Shown one piece after another: positions 13,950 to 25,395 of a stretch of 64,000 nt of DNA. This stretch comes from Albugo candida (lineage: Eukaryota). Numbering within the stretch: the first letter of the stretch is position 1; each line of letters begins with the position of its first letter. The notes beneath the pieces were generated by a model. It had not been told where the DNA came from, searched no databases, and was given only the letters and a program-made list of their open reading frames with translations. The translations under genes and the position numbers were made by a program. The DNA lies in assembly GCA_040437565.1 (NCBI GenBank), contig JBDOQK010000031.1, forward strand, positions 248,001 to 312,000. Direction: 5' to 3'.

Positions 13950-15192
13950 ACGATGACGATTGTTTACTTGAAAGCATATGTTTCCTGGTCTTCATGCCAC
14001 AGCACTGTCGAGATTTATCGCCTGATTATGTTGAGATGCGATTATGTAGTACGGTTTCATCATTTCTCTCAATTTCGATTTGGGTACCACGTGATTGATA
14101 AAATAGTTGTGAGGTTGAAGGAAGCGTTTGACGCACCAAAACAAGGTCAACTATCCTTTGCAGCAACATGGTGGTCATGTTTGTTCTGGATATGAAGGCC
14201 ACCAAGCCGATGGTGTGATGTGGACTATCGCGTTACAAAGCGAAGATATGTGGCTCCGTTCGGCCATTATTGTGTCTCAGTGGCGACCTCGTAATTCATG
14301 CTTCATAGTTGAAGTAATAATATCCGATTTGAATGCGAACACGCGTTATATTTGGATATGATGGAATTGGCTGGTGCAATACGTTCTCGCTACAGAGAGA
14401 TAGAAGGTGTCCAGTTCGTTGCGTACGGCGATATGTGATTTATGGATCAGCTGATGGAGACGACAGCAAGCGTGTAGGGTGATATCCGATGAGTATTCAA
14501 ACGAATTTTCTCTCGCATTAAGGAGACATCATTTATGCCACTGGTCGTGACTTACAATGGGATCAATTTATGCACATGATTGAACCCGTCGCAAGCTTTG
14601 TCCCGTTTGGTGTTGGCAAACACGAGCATGATTACAATCGACGAGGCATGACGCATTATCCTAGTCGAGCAGTCAAGTGTGATGATGAATTGGACTATCA
14701 AAACAGCTTGGGGCCGTTTTTATAGAAGTACTTCATCGGGTGAATGCTACTTGCCTTTATATCATCGCTTCCATGCTCCTGAAAATGGTCGTACAGACAT
14801 CTCCTCGGAGCACGATTGGCGTCGTAATTCGGAGCAATCAAGTTGATCGAAAAGAATTTGAAACACAACGCAAGCTGGCGAGGCTGGTGGTATCTTTCCA
14901 AATACGTATGGAATTAAAAGATTTGCTTCGCAAGTACAATGTGACTGTGCTCATTACTGGTCACAAGCACTCGCACGAGCGAAGCTGCCGTACAGACACA
15001 GAGCATGTATCATTAGTGAAGGGCCATGTAGTCGCTGATACTCCTGGGGGAAAGTAAAGCAGACACTTCATCCTTACTCGGGAAATGAGGCTGTGTATAC
15101 ATGGGACACATTCAATTTTGGTTTAGCGCACCAAGATGCAATTCGTGCTGGGGATTCATCTGATCAAGTGGAGATTACTCCATGGAATTGAA
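13950..15192 (+). pseudogene. Purple acid phosphatase / metallophosphoesterase pseudogene
   Basis: Motif fragments in the correct order, broken by stops and frameshifts: IMLRCDY, APKQGQLSF, VQFVAYGDM* (14409), SH*GDIIYATG..WDQFMHMIEPVASFVPFGVGKHEHDY (~14513-14635), LKDLLRKYNVTVLITGHKHSHERSC, DQVEITPWN*. Confidence 0.8.
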
Positions 15193-16133
15193 CCTTTTTT
15201 TAGGTATAGGCAGACGAGAAAAGCAGAGGACAATTTGTTTGCCTAACGCTATTGTTTGCATAGAGAGTAGCGGTCAGAGGCAATTGGAGTGGAGCAGGTA
15301 AGTTGATGTGATGATTTCATCAGCCACTTCAAATACGACTTGTTGTGCCGAAGAAGTATGCTGAGATTGTTGCCGTGTCACATGGTTTAGCCTAAGTGAG
15401 CCACTTTCGAACTTCCAGTCTATCTAAATCTTTGTTCTCATCGACTGCATATGTCAAGCATTACAGATCAAATCTGCATGATTCATACATGACGGTCCTG
15501 TCTGTGCGGGACTTGATAATCTTTCAAGACCCTGTTCAAGCCAGAACTAGTTCCCAGGAGTTAACAATGGCTCCAAGCGGTGTTAAACCGTTCGATATGG
15601 GCGATAAATGACACGTTCTTATTCTTTCAAATCATAAAGCCCATCCAAGCAAAGGACAAAATAGCAACGCTTACTAGTTCTTTTCCCACTTCGAAATTTT
15701 GTAATGTAGACGGTTTACAACACCGTGGAGCGAATTTGCAAAAATTGCTCTTGAGTGAGCACTGATAGAGATACAAGAATCCGTTTTTAGCTTCATCTTA
15801 GCAAATTGCTAGCAAAAAAACAAAGAAGAACGCTTAGAGCAATCGTGCGAATTTCCTTCTGTGCTGGTACACGTAATAATGCTAGGAATAGGATTAGTTA
15901 TGAACTGACGGGTGGAAGTCGTACACTTGGCATTATTATAGAGAAGAAAGGTGCTTATTGCACGCATCAATAAATAAGTACACCTCCCGGAAGATAGAAA
16001 GAAATCTCCNNNNNNNNNNNNNNNNNNNNNNNNNNNNNNNNNNNNNNNNNNNNNNNNNNNNNNNNNNNNNNNNNNNNNNNNNNNNNNNNNNNNNNNNNNN
16101 NNNNNNNNNGACACTTTTGAAGTATCCTGCTAA

Positions 16134-17147
16134 ATGACAAGTCTTTTATTGAAATTCTCTCTTCTTCTAGTATTTCAACCACTTGAGCCTTCGTATGCTC
16201 GATCATATTATAAACTTGGCGTGGTACCGCGTTCAGTGCGTGGTCCACGCGAACAAATAGTTATCGCTGCAAGGAAGTCAGAAAAAGCTCGTGACAAATG
16301 GACACCCATTGTTGTACTTGACAATAATATGGAAGAAAGCAAGCATGATGAGCACGTGAATAATAGGTGCAACACAGCTGCAGCTGACATCGATTTGTCT
16401 CTATGTCTTGGATTGAGCAGCACAGATTCACAACCACCAGTTTCAGTTCATCACCGACGAAAAGTCGCCGAGAGTTTTTCTTACGTTCAATTTCATCAGC
16501 TCTCGTTCCCGTCCTTTGTAAACATACTTAGTTTCGAATGGTCACAATCTGATCATCCAAGATTGTATTTTCCGCCCGATCCCCTTATCCATGAAATGCC
16601 GAACACGGACGAAGAACAAATTTATCTGCATGATCTTGGCAACGAGATGTTTAAAACAAAAAATACGTTTGGTGCTTCAGTGAGTCGTGTCACACTGATA
16701 GAAAACTGGGCTCGTCCTGAGCTTGCTTCTAATACGATTTACGATTACACTGGTATCTCATTCAATTATGGCTCAGTGATAAGCACGATAGATGAGAACG
16801 TTTACGAAAATATCAAAACGGAAGTGTTAGAAAGGTTGCAAGTCCAGGATATTAATCATTTCGAATGTAGTACGGCCGAACAAGCTGAGTTGCCTATATT
16901 CAAATTCAAATTGGGTCACGATGGAGTAGAATACGAATTTACAAGTAAGCAATATATCGTGCGGAGAGAAGATGGGCCAACGCCCATAGCAATTTGCTTC
17001 CTGGCGTTGAAACCTCACAAGAGAACCCAGAGGGATATGAGATGGCTTATTGGTGCAACATTTGCCAAAAGATACGCTACCAAAATCTGGCTTAAAGAGA
17101 AGAAATTCGGATTCGTGCCATACAATCAGGTCAGACAAGGTACTTAA
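16134..17147 (+). CDS. Putative secreted aspartic-protease-like pseudo-enzyme (pepsin C-lobe only) with EAR-like motif
   Basis: Intact 337-aa ORF with a hydrophobic N-terminus (MTSLLLKFSLLLVFQ) and IDLSLCLGL at aa 86-94. The C-terminal part follows the pepsin C-lobe pattern: ISFNYGS..C..LPIFKF..YEFTSKQYIV..CFLAL..WLIGATFAKRY..KFGFVP. Confidence 0.8.
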   Translation: MTSLLLKFSLLLVFQPLEPSYARSYYKLGVVPRSVRGPREQIVIAARKSEKARDKWTPIVVLDNNMEESKHDEHVNNRCNTAAADIDLSLCLGLSSTDSQPPVSVHHRRKVAESFSYVQFHQLSFPSFVNILSFEWSQSDHPRLYFPPDPLIHEMPNTDEEQIYLHDLGNEMFKTKNTFGASVSRVTLIENWARPELASNTIYDYTGISFNYGSVISTIDENVYENIKTEVLERLQVQDINHFECSTAEQAELPIFKFKLGHDGVEYEFTSKQYIVRREDGPTPIAICFLALKPHKRTQRDMRWLIGATFAKRYATKIWLKEKKFGFVPYNQVRQGT

Positions 17148-17401
17148 ATGTAAGTAGGTCGAGGCACGCAACTAAAATGCAATACATTCAATCGATATTT
17201 GGATTTTGTCAGCACGATCTATTTCGTAGCATGCACTAAACTTCTTTGGGGTATGTGATCAATGCTTGCCTTCAAATCCGAAGGTCTTCGATACTAGTGA
17301 CATATCCATCAGAATGAGCATAGCCATGCTAGGAGCATACTGAGCACATAATAAGAAAGATTTTCCACCCATCGGTACGCTATATCACAGATATCGCTCT
17401 C

Positions 17402-17860
17402 TCACACGCATGCGTACGATATTTTAGTTGCAATCAACCAGTCATGCTTATCTAAAAGGATATGACAAAGTGGAAGAACGGAACTAAAGCTGGGTTTGAA
17501 AGACTTGACTACGATCATATTCATCCACATTTCGCTTGAGCTGTTATTTCTGTTGTTGACTAAATTCATTGCAATTCGCGCTTGATAGGTGTGATATATT
17601 CGATAATGGAATACGTACATAGGGAATCGATGTAAAGTACTCAATTCCAGCAGCTTGTAAGTCTTTGTTGCTACTGTTGTACACAGAAGTGGTTACACTT
17701 CTGTGTCTGTGGATGCGTTGGTAGTTTAAAAATTCCACGTCTAGTACCTTTCCTTCCGATTCTGCGATAATGGCACGCATTAGTAGTAGTGTATTCAAGC
17801 TTTGACTCTTCTTTTCATGTCCCATCTCAATGCGTTCTCCGTTGGATGTGTACAAGCTAC
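17402..17860 (-). pseudogene. Possible highly decayed half-pepsin family remnant
   Basis: With one 1-nt shift the minus strand reads DEY-IVVK..LPLCHILL..DWLIATKIS, resembling DEYIVRK..LCYLAL..WTIGAAFA. Upstream FLNY..TTSVYN loosely resembles SFNYGS..DENVYE. Confidence 0.35.
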
Positions 17861-20800
17861 TTGCTCAGATAGGAACGATCAAGGCTGGATGGCGAATACA
17901 CAGATCTACTCTAAAGGCTCACAGCCATTTTCAGTCATATCTTATCTTCCTGGTAGACTTGCAGAGCTCATTGGTACCAGGCTATCAGTCAAGGTCGAGA
18001 AATGCCATAGGATAACTTTGACATGATCGCCTGACATTTGGAAGAAATTTGAATGTCACGATATCCGTCGACTTGCGCTGGCTCAGGCATTCATTCATTG
18101 TTCCCTCTACCGGAGATGTCTGCAAGTTGTGTGCACAAAGTATATCGAGCCGAGTATGTGATCGCAATACCGCTACCGCTACCAAGCGCCAAAAATAACA
18201 ACAGGGTGATGTGGGATGATTTGAGAGACATCTCAGTATTGTTCATGGTAGCAATTCGTGCCTAAACAGAAGAGAGGAGACTGATTCGAGAATCATCTCA
18301 TAAGCGTATGCTGATAGAGAAAAATGATCGGTGCTGGATGACAAAACCAACGCTGCAAATCAATCAAATTCTATGTGTGTATTTTCCTGATTATTGCCTA
18401 TAGCTACGCTCAAAAACGTTCAACTGGATAGAAAGGAAAGAGTGGCAGTAAATATTACGATGGTATGAAGAAAACATAGCAAACTCTGCAAAATCTAGTC
18501 AGCAGTCTATTCAGGTTATGCATAACGAAGGACCAAAAATTGCAAGAAAGAAAAAGCATGCTACACGCATACCGCAAGAGCGGAAGTTTGGAGTGCGATG
18601 AGTCGGTTTCGAGAGTGAAGATTACGTATTGACCAGGCATGTTACCAACGAAGAAAACCACAGTTTTGTATTGCAGTAGCCTCAGCCACCTTAATACGAG
18701 ACTGTGTCCAGCTTGTAAATGCTGTTAAGTTGTAAAGTTGTAAAAATGGTCCAAAAGTACCGTGGTTTGCAAATTGGTGAGCGCCACACTAGGCGGAACA
18801 ATGCCATCCAACTTAGACTAGGATCTGAGTTGCAGTTGCATTTTGACTTGTCTGTGCCGTACCCGCAGTAATGATCTTCGGCTTCTGAAACATCCACCAA
18901 ATGATCCTTGCATTGCGAGTTGATCCAGCACCTTTGCAAGCCGAATGCGCTCGTCTTGGTCGTGATACTGTCTTCGAAAGTACCGAATGTGCGCACTGAA
19001 CGTGGTGTAGATCACGGAAAGTGCTGGAATTGTCGGATTTGCTGATCGCTGATCGAACAAACGACGTTTACGATCTGACCAGACGAAGTGCAGTGTCACC
19101 GCTTTGCAATGCAAGCCATAAATCTGATATAATTTGTTGATATTCTTTCCAATCCGACCGTAGTGTTGGTACGATTGCACATGCAATATGCGTCCAACGT
19201 GGTCCAGAGGAGAAAAACTGATCCCAACTAGGGAGTAACTCCCTCCATAATTGTGCCGTGTGACTGCACTCTAAAAAGAGATGTTGATCGGATTCCACTG
19301 CCCCACACGAAGGCTGCATGCACAATATAGTGTCAGGCTGAATAAGAACCAGAAACGAGATCGAACTGGCAACATTCGAAAGGCTAGACGGGACTGTAAA
19401 TCTTCGGAAATTGGTAATACACGTTTTCGAAGATGCCGTGATGTAGCCATAAAAGTTCGAACTCGTTCTGAATCCAGTGCGTCCGATCTCTCCCGTGCTG
19501 ACCAATGTGTCCACATCGGATGACTCTTGGTTGGTTCGGGAGGTTTCCAGACGATTCGTGAGAGTTGTGAGCGTGGAATAGATGCAAGAAAAGTTTTCAT
19601 TCCTTGCTTTTTACTCCCACATAAAATGATCTGCCACTTGTGGTTGGTGTAATCCAAGTGATGAGACCAATCGTCGAGTGGATACGCTGGAGTATCTGAG
19701 TGACTTCGTTGTAAAGTCGACTCAGCAACTTTTCTTCAGGCATATCCGATNNNNNNNNNNNNNNNNNNNNNNNNNNNNNNNNNNNNNNNNNNNNNNNNNN
19801 NNNNNNNNNNNNNNNNNNNNNNNNNNNNNNNNNNNNNNNNNNNNNNNNNNAGCATCGATAGCTGGATCGAGTGGTGTGTTGAAATCACCAAATACGATAT
19901 GTGTCGCGGTCGATTCGAAAGTGTCGGAGAGCAATAACTCATAAAAAACCACTCGTTCTTCGGCCTTGACCGGTGCATATACATTGTGAATATGCACCGG
20001 TGCATCTTGAATGAGATCACGCAAAACCAAATAACGATTTTGAATGCTTCGTTTGGTGAGTTCTCCAGCTGTTGTATAGCCGGGAAAGTCCGAACGAAGG
20101 ATTGTCATGACGCCGCCACTGCGGTTTTGAGTCGGATGGAGAAAAGCACTGTTGATCATTGACAAACATTTTGTGTTGCATTTTCGAATGTAATAAAAGT
20201 GAAATGATTCCAGTTGGTTGTGATCGTGAAACTTGGTTTCTTGAACAAAGAAATGGAGTGTTTGGAGAAAATCTGGTCGATCAAAAGATTACCATTTCTA
20301 TGAATTCCATTAACATTCACCGTGAGTGCTGAGACATTGTTCCACGTTGTAGTAGTAAACCTTTGAAGAAGCCCCGAATGATTCGTACGTTCCTCGCATC
20401 AAATAGTCGAGGAGCCCTTAGCATTCACGCTGGAGTGGACCAGAAATCAACCTCGTTACACAATCATGCTGTGAGAGGTGAAGTGTTGTATGTTCGTCTG
20501 GGAAAAAGCTGAGATTGATTGAAAGCTCAGCAATGTCACCATGGAGAATTCCGCGCCATTTACCTCCAAACCATTGAGACCAACACTTTATGCCCACATC
20601 GGAGCGGGAGAAGGAATGATCACATTGGTTGGAAGTAAACGACAATGATGACCCGGAATTCAAATCACTGGTCCATCGGTGAGATATTGGATCCAGTGAT
20701 CGTTTTTGTAGAATGTCGGGCAGTACACATAAATAAGAGTTCCAAAAACGCGAGAGCCTTGATTTCTCGAGTCAACCCGACAACTATGTCCGGCACTGAC

Positions 20801-21436
20801 GTCCACCACGACATGACTTTCTCGAACAAGACAGTTTGTTTTGAGGGAACTTTTTACCAACGTGGCGAATCCATCGCGTCGCAAACATTACATCTTCTAC
20901 GAGATTCTGGGCTGCAAAAACGCGATTAATCATCAGTAAATGCGCCAATTCATCCAATGCCTTATCATTCGACTCCACACACGCGAACAGCACACCATTC
21001 ATAGTGATTGGATGATCAAGTGCCGCTCGGATAATTTTGTCCGGATTTGTGGGATCGATTTTCATTTGCTCCCCTATTTCACCAACTCGGGTTGCTCGCT
21101 CCGATTTCTCGACTGTTGTATGCCGTTTCTGATAGAAGTGTGCCTCCTCTTTTAAGGTGGCCACCTCTTTGGCATCCGTGTTTTCACGGGGATGATTTGA
21201 ACACGATTGCCATTCTCAGGATTGGCAACCGCTTTTGCTTTTTCAATCTCCATCTCCATAGTTGCGAGCACAGAAAAATAATTACTCGTCGCTAACTTCG
21301 GAAGTGCAAGAGGTGGTGCTTCGGAGACCATTTGTTCGAACGGCTCCACCCGATTACGTTTTCCACTAGTCCATGCCAACTTCATGGATACATCCCCATC
21401 CCGCTCCACCCGTGGTTGTTAGTACGATTGACTTGC

Positions 21437-21580
21437 TGTAACGCCGGTAGGAGGAAGGGAGAGGAAGCAAAGGAAGATATTTGCTGGCGGTAAGGAATCC
21501 TGATTCCCCTATCTGATTATCTAATCCAATTTTCCAACTCAATATGAACTATTCATGCATGTACAATGGAGGTTGTTACA
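21437..21580 (-). repeat. 3' LTR (144 bp)
   Basis: TGTAAC...GTTACA termini; direct repeat of 25224-25395. The purine tract GGGAGGA (minus strand, 21581-21587) abuts it as the PPT. Confidence 0.92.
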
Positions 21581-24500
21581 TCCTCCCGGAATTGACTTCT
21601 CGTTGCCGCTTCTTGAAATCGGCGATGAGAAGATTCCAATGAGAAACATGACGAATATCTTGCTCCCACTCCCATGAAGCTTCGTGCTCGAGTAATCCAT
21701 GCCATTTCACGAGCCATTCAGGTTTACGATTAAATTGACGCTTCTGAAGAAGCTGTTCTATGATGGGCATCGTGTCACCACTGTCCTCGTCAAAAATAAG
21801 TCGGGATGATTTCGGAATCGGACGAGTTTGAAATCGCGGTAGATTTCCCACATATGACTCAGCACGTCAAAATTGCAAGTAGAGTTCAATCGGCTCATAC
21901 TCCGCGGAAGCTTCAATTGCGCAACATTCGAGTTGACCATTTTAATAATTTGAAATGGTCCAACTTTGCGAGCAGCTAATTTGGCGCGTTTCCCATCAAT
22001 GTCTTGTGTCACATGTTTCGAGTATCCAACCAGACCATATCTCCAATTTTTAAAGCAATCTCAGTGCGTTTTTTGTCGTAGTACTTCTTTTGACGATCCT
22101 GAGCTTAAGCAAATGTTTCATGGCTAAATCAATGATTTCTTGACGGTTTTGGAAGTGTTTTGCATTCTCAGCGATTCCATTTGCTCTTGAGTTGTGACGC
22201 TAGGAGTACTTAGCGGATTCGACGGATTGCGTTCCTTGCGACTAGTATGTCAAATATCGAGCCAGCTTTGGCGAAATTTTCGGATGATGCAGAAACCATT
22301 TGCATGCCGTGTTGTCAGTGTAGATGTCAAATCCACGACAATAAAAATAATGACGCCACTATTCCAATGAAAGCTTGATTGCAAAAGTTCCTTTTCATGT
22401 GTAGGCCAATTAAGCTCATGATTCCCCAGCTTCTTGGAAAATAATGCAATGGGATGATCGTAACCAGAATGAAGCTGAGAATGAACACCACCAATACAAT
22501 AGCCAGAGACGTCCGTTGTCGCAGTGAATCGTTTGGCATGATCTGGTCAACACAGGTGCGTCTTGAAGAGCGGCCTTGAGTTGATCAAACGCATGAGTCT
22601 GGCCATCCTTCCATTCCCAAACTTGTTCTTTCTTGACCAGAGGGCCAAGTGGTAGCGCAAGAGTTGCGTAGTCACGAATGAACCGACGGTAGTAACTAGC
22701 CAAACCCAAGAAATTTAATAGTTGTTTCTGATTTGTAGGAGTCGGCCACTTCAAAATAGCTTCTGTCTTCCGAGTATCCACTGTAAGTCCCTTAGGCGAA
22801 ATTGTATGACCTAGAAACTTCACTTTTGACTGGTCAAAATGACATTTGGACTGACGGCAGAATAACTTCTCACACCAAAGAATTCCAAACAGAATGCAAA
22901 GATGTCCAACGTGTTCGTCCAGACTAGTGGAGAACACACAAATGTCATCTATATAGACTACAATGAAGTTGTATTTTGCAAAAAGCACTCGACTGAGACG
23001 AGACCAAACACCAGGCATCCCAGATAATCCCTTAGAAGCCACGTACCAGTGATAGGTTTCAGCATGTGTGCGAAAGGCGGTATTCTTGCGGCTTGTTTCA
23101 AAATAAAATATTAAAAAATGTAAATAAAATTGTGAATGCGATCCGCATCAGATGATAGCCTCGTTCCAGATCCAGAACTGAAAAGATGACACAAGCACAC
23201 ATCTTATCAAAGAGTTGGTCGATGCGAGGAAGTGGTATCTTCGGAATGATCGTCTGCGAATTGACGTAACGGTGATCAATACCCATCGAAGAGGTTGATG
23301 TGCGTTGTCAGATTGTACCCACTTGGATCGTGATATGTTTTGACCAGTAATGGGGTCCTTCTTAGGTACACCAAATATATTTGATACCCATGAAGAGTCA
23401 AAATCTAGATCCAGCCTTTCTTAAGCTTTTCCACGACAAACATGTCAAGTGCATCTTGTTCGACCATAGATAGGCGAAACTGTACACGGTTGCCAGGTAC
23501 AGCATCCGGTTTCATGATAAGATCAAAACCCACACGACGTGAAGGTGGAAGTTCATCAGGAAGTGTCTTTAGAAAGAAATCTTTGAACTCGTTCAAAAGA
23601 GTAGTAAGTGATTGAGGTATTGTATCACTCTCCGTCATAAAAGCCCAGATCTTTACGCGATACACTTCGTCGTACTCATGTTTCTTGACTTTTCGTTTGA
23701 AGTCAACTACAGCAACTTCCATATCGATTTCATTGCTTTTATCCCTAGTAGTGCATGTCGAAGGCACGCACTGATGTGAAAATGGAATTTCATGAGAACG
23801 CCAATCAAGCTGAGGCTGAAACTTGGTAAACCATGGTTTTCCCAAGATTAATTCATGAGCAGAACCCAATGGCCATTCCATGACTTGTAATTTGCGAAAT
23901 CTGTATCGATCAAATACAATAGTCGCAGCATCCTTTTTAATGGAGCGGGCTCTAGTGGAAGTTCCATCAAATCGTGTAACTTGGGAGACACCATATTGTG
24001 TCAGTTTCTTCACCTTGCCGGGACGAACAACAATACAGGTTGCACCGCTATCAAACATAATAGTGACAGGTGTTACATCACAAGTTCCTTGTTTACGCCT
24101 TGTTTATTCTATGGATTCACCGGATCCATAGCCGACGTCGAGATTTCTTCCATCTCGACAATTACACTTCGTTCTCGGAACACGTAATAGAAGGTAACGA
24201 TTAAGTCGCTCTAGGAGACGTGGAAGCATTGAAGCTTACAGCTGCTTGTTCATGTCGAACGCTATGAGCTTGCTTCTCCTTATTCTTCAGCTTGTAACAG
24301 TGTCCGAAGACGTGACCAGGCTTCTTACAGTAGCGACATCTCTTCGACGAAGAAGCTGATGATGATGAGGAGCGACCATGTTTGGTAAATCCTGAGTCAA
24401 TCTCCATTGGTTCCGGGTCACTCTCTTGCACGTGCGGTGATGCAGGTTGTTGATGGTGATGATGTTGAATGAAAGTTGCACGTGATCGTTCTTGCGAGTA

Positions 24501-25223
24501 TACCGGTGGACGATAGTTCTTCCCGTGTGGGACACTAGTCCTCGCGTAAAGTAAGTAATTTTTATCCAACTCACTCATTTCCGTACCTTGCATGATAGCT
24601 TGACGGAAACGTGAAATATAAACTTCCAGGTTTGGACAAAGTTTCTGTTTGATTGCGTAAAATTGATCATGCAAGCGTTCTTGCAGATCAGGGGGTACAA
24701 ACTCTTCATTTACTCGAACGATGAGGTCTTGCATGTCTTTGATATATGGCTTGTTCATCTTGTACCAAGCTGCGACATTCCCTTTGAAAGTGGCGGTCGT
24801 GATTGCCAAGATACGAGCGCTTTCACTGACATCGCGCCAGTCGATAATCTTTGATTCGAAGTACTGAGACAGTTGCTCAAACTACAGATCCACGGACTCG
24901 CCTATTTTATCATGGAAATGAGGTAAGCTGATCCCCTCAACTTTTATTTCACGCTTGGTCATAGCTTCAAGCAATTGCTGTTGTTTTTCGACTAATTCGA
25001 TCAATGTTTTCGTGATGGCGTCGGGGGGCCATCCTTGAGGGTTCAATGATGTCATGATAGCCAAAAAAAACAAAAAAACAAAAAAAACGTCCAACCAATA
25101 GAGCCGGAATAAACGACAAACAATCGGCGAGCGGCTTTCCCAATGTCGTGACGCTAAATAGCGCGTAAGAAAAACTCCTTCCGGACGACCAACGACCTTT
25201 GAGCTATGTCAAGTGCTACCGGT

Positions 25224-25395
25224 TGTAACGCCGGCAGGAAGAAGGGAGAGGAAGCAAAGGAAGATATTTGCTGGCGGAGCTCTATTTGATAAAAATGGAA
25301 AGTGAGATCTAATCCTGGTTCACTTATCTGATTGGCTAATCCAGTTCTGCAACTCAATATGAACTATGCATGCATGTACAATGGAGGTTGTTACA
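25224..25395 (-). repeat. 5' LTR (172 bp)
   Basis: TGTAAC...GTTACA termini. Matches 21437-21580 except for substitutions and an internal indel of about 28 bp. Confidence 0.92.

Larger units (their letters stand above)
21437..25395 (-). mobile_element. Ty3/Gypsy chromovirus-type LTR retrotransposon, degenerate, with both LTRs and a 5-bp TSD
   Basis: Gag with CCHC knuckle CRYCKKPGHVFGHC (24201-25094), protease FDSGAT (23405-24058), RT LPRIDQLFD..LDLERGYH and VVYIDDI..VKFLGH (22416-23286), Tf2-type SH3-like KLAARKVGPFQI (21758-22012) and chromodomain EWLVKWHG..EASWE (21576-21851). CTTGC is duplicated at 21432-21436 and 25396-25400. The integrase core appears largely deleted. Confidence 0.95.

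Noticed and set aside
15809-15970. Short minus-strand ORF with a signal-like start (MRAISTFLLY) and several Cys
   Set aside because: Too short, next to a gap, and no recognisable motif.
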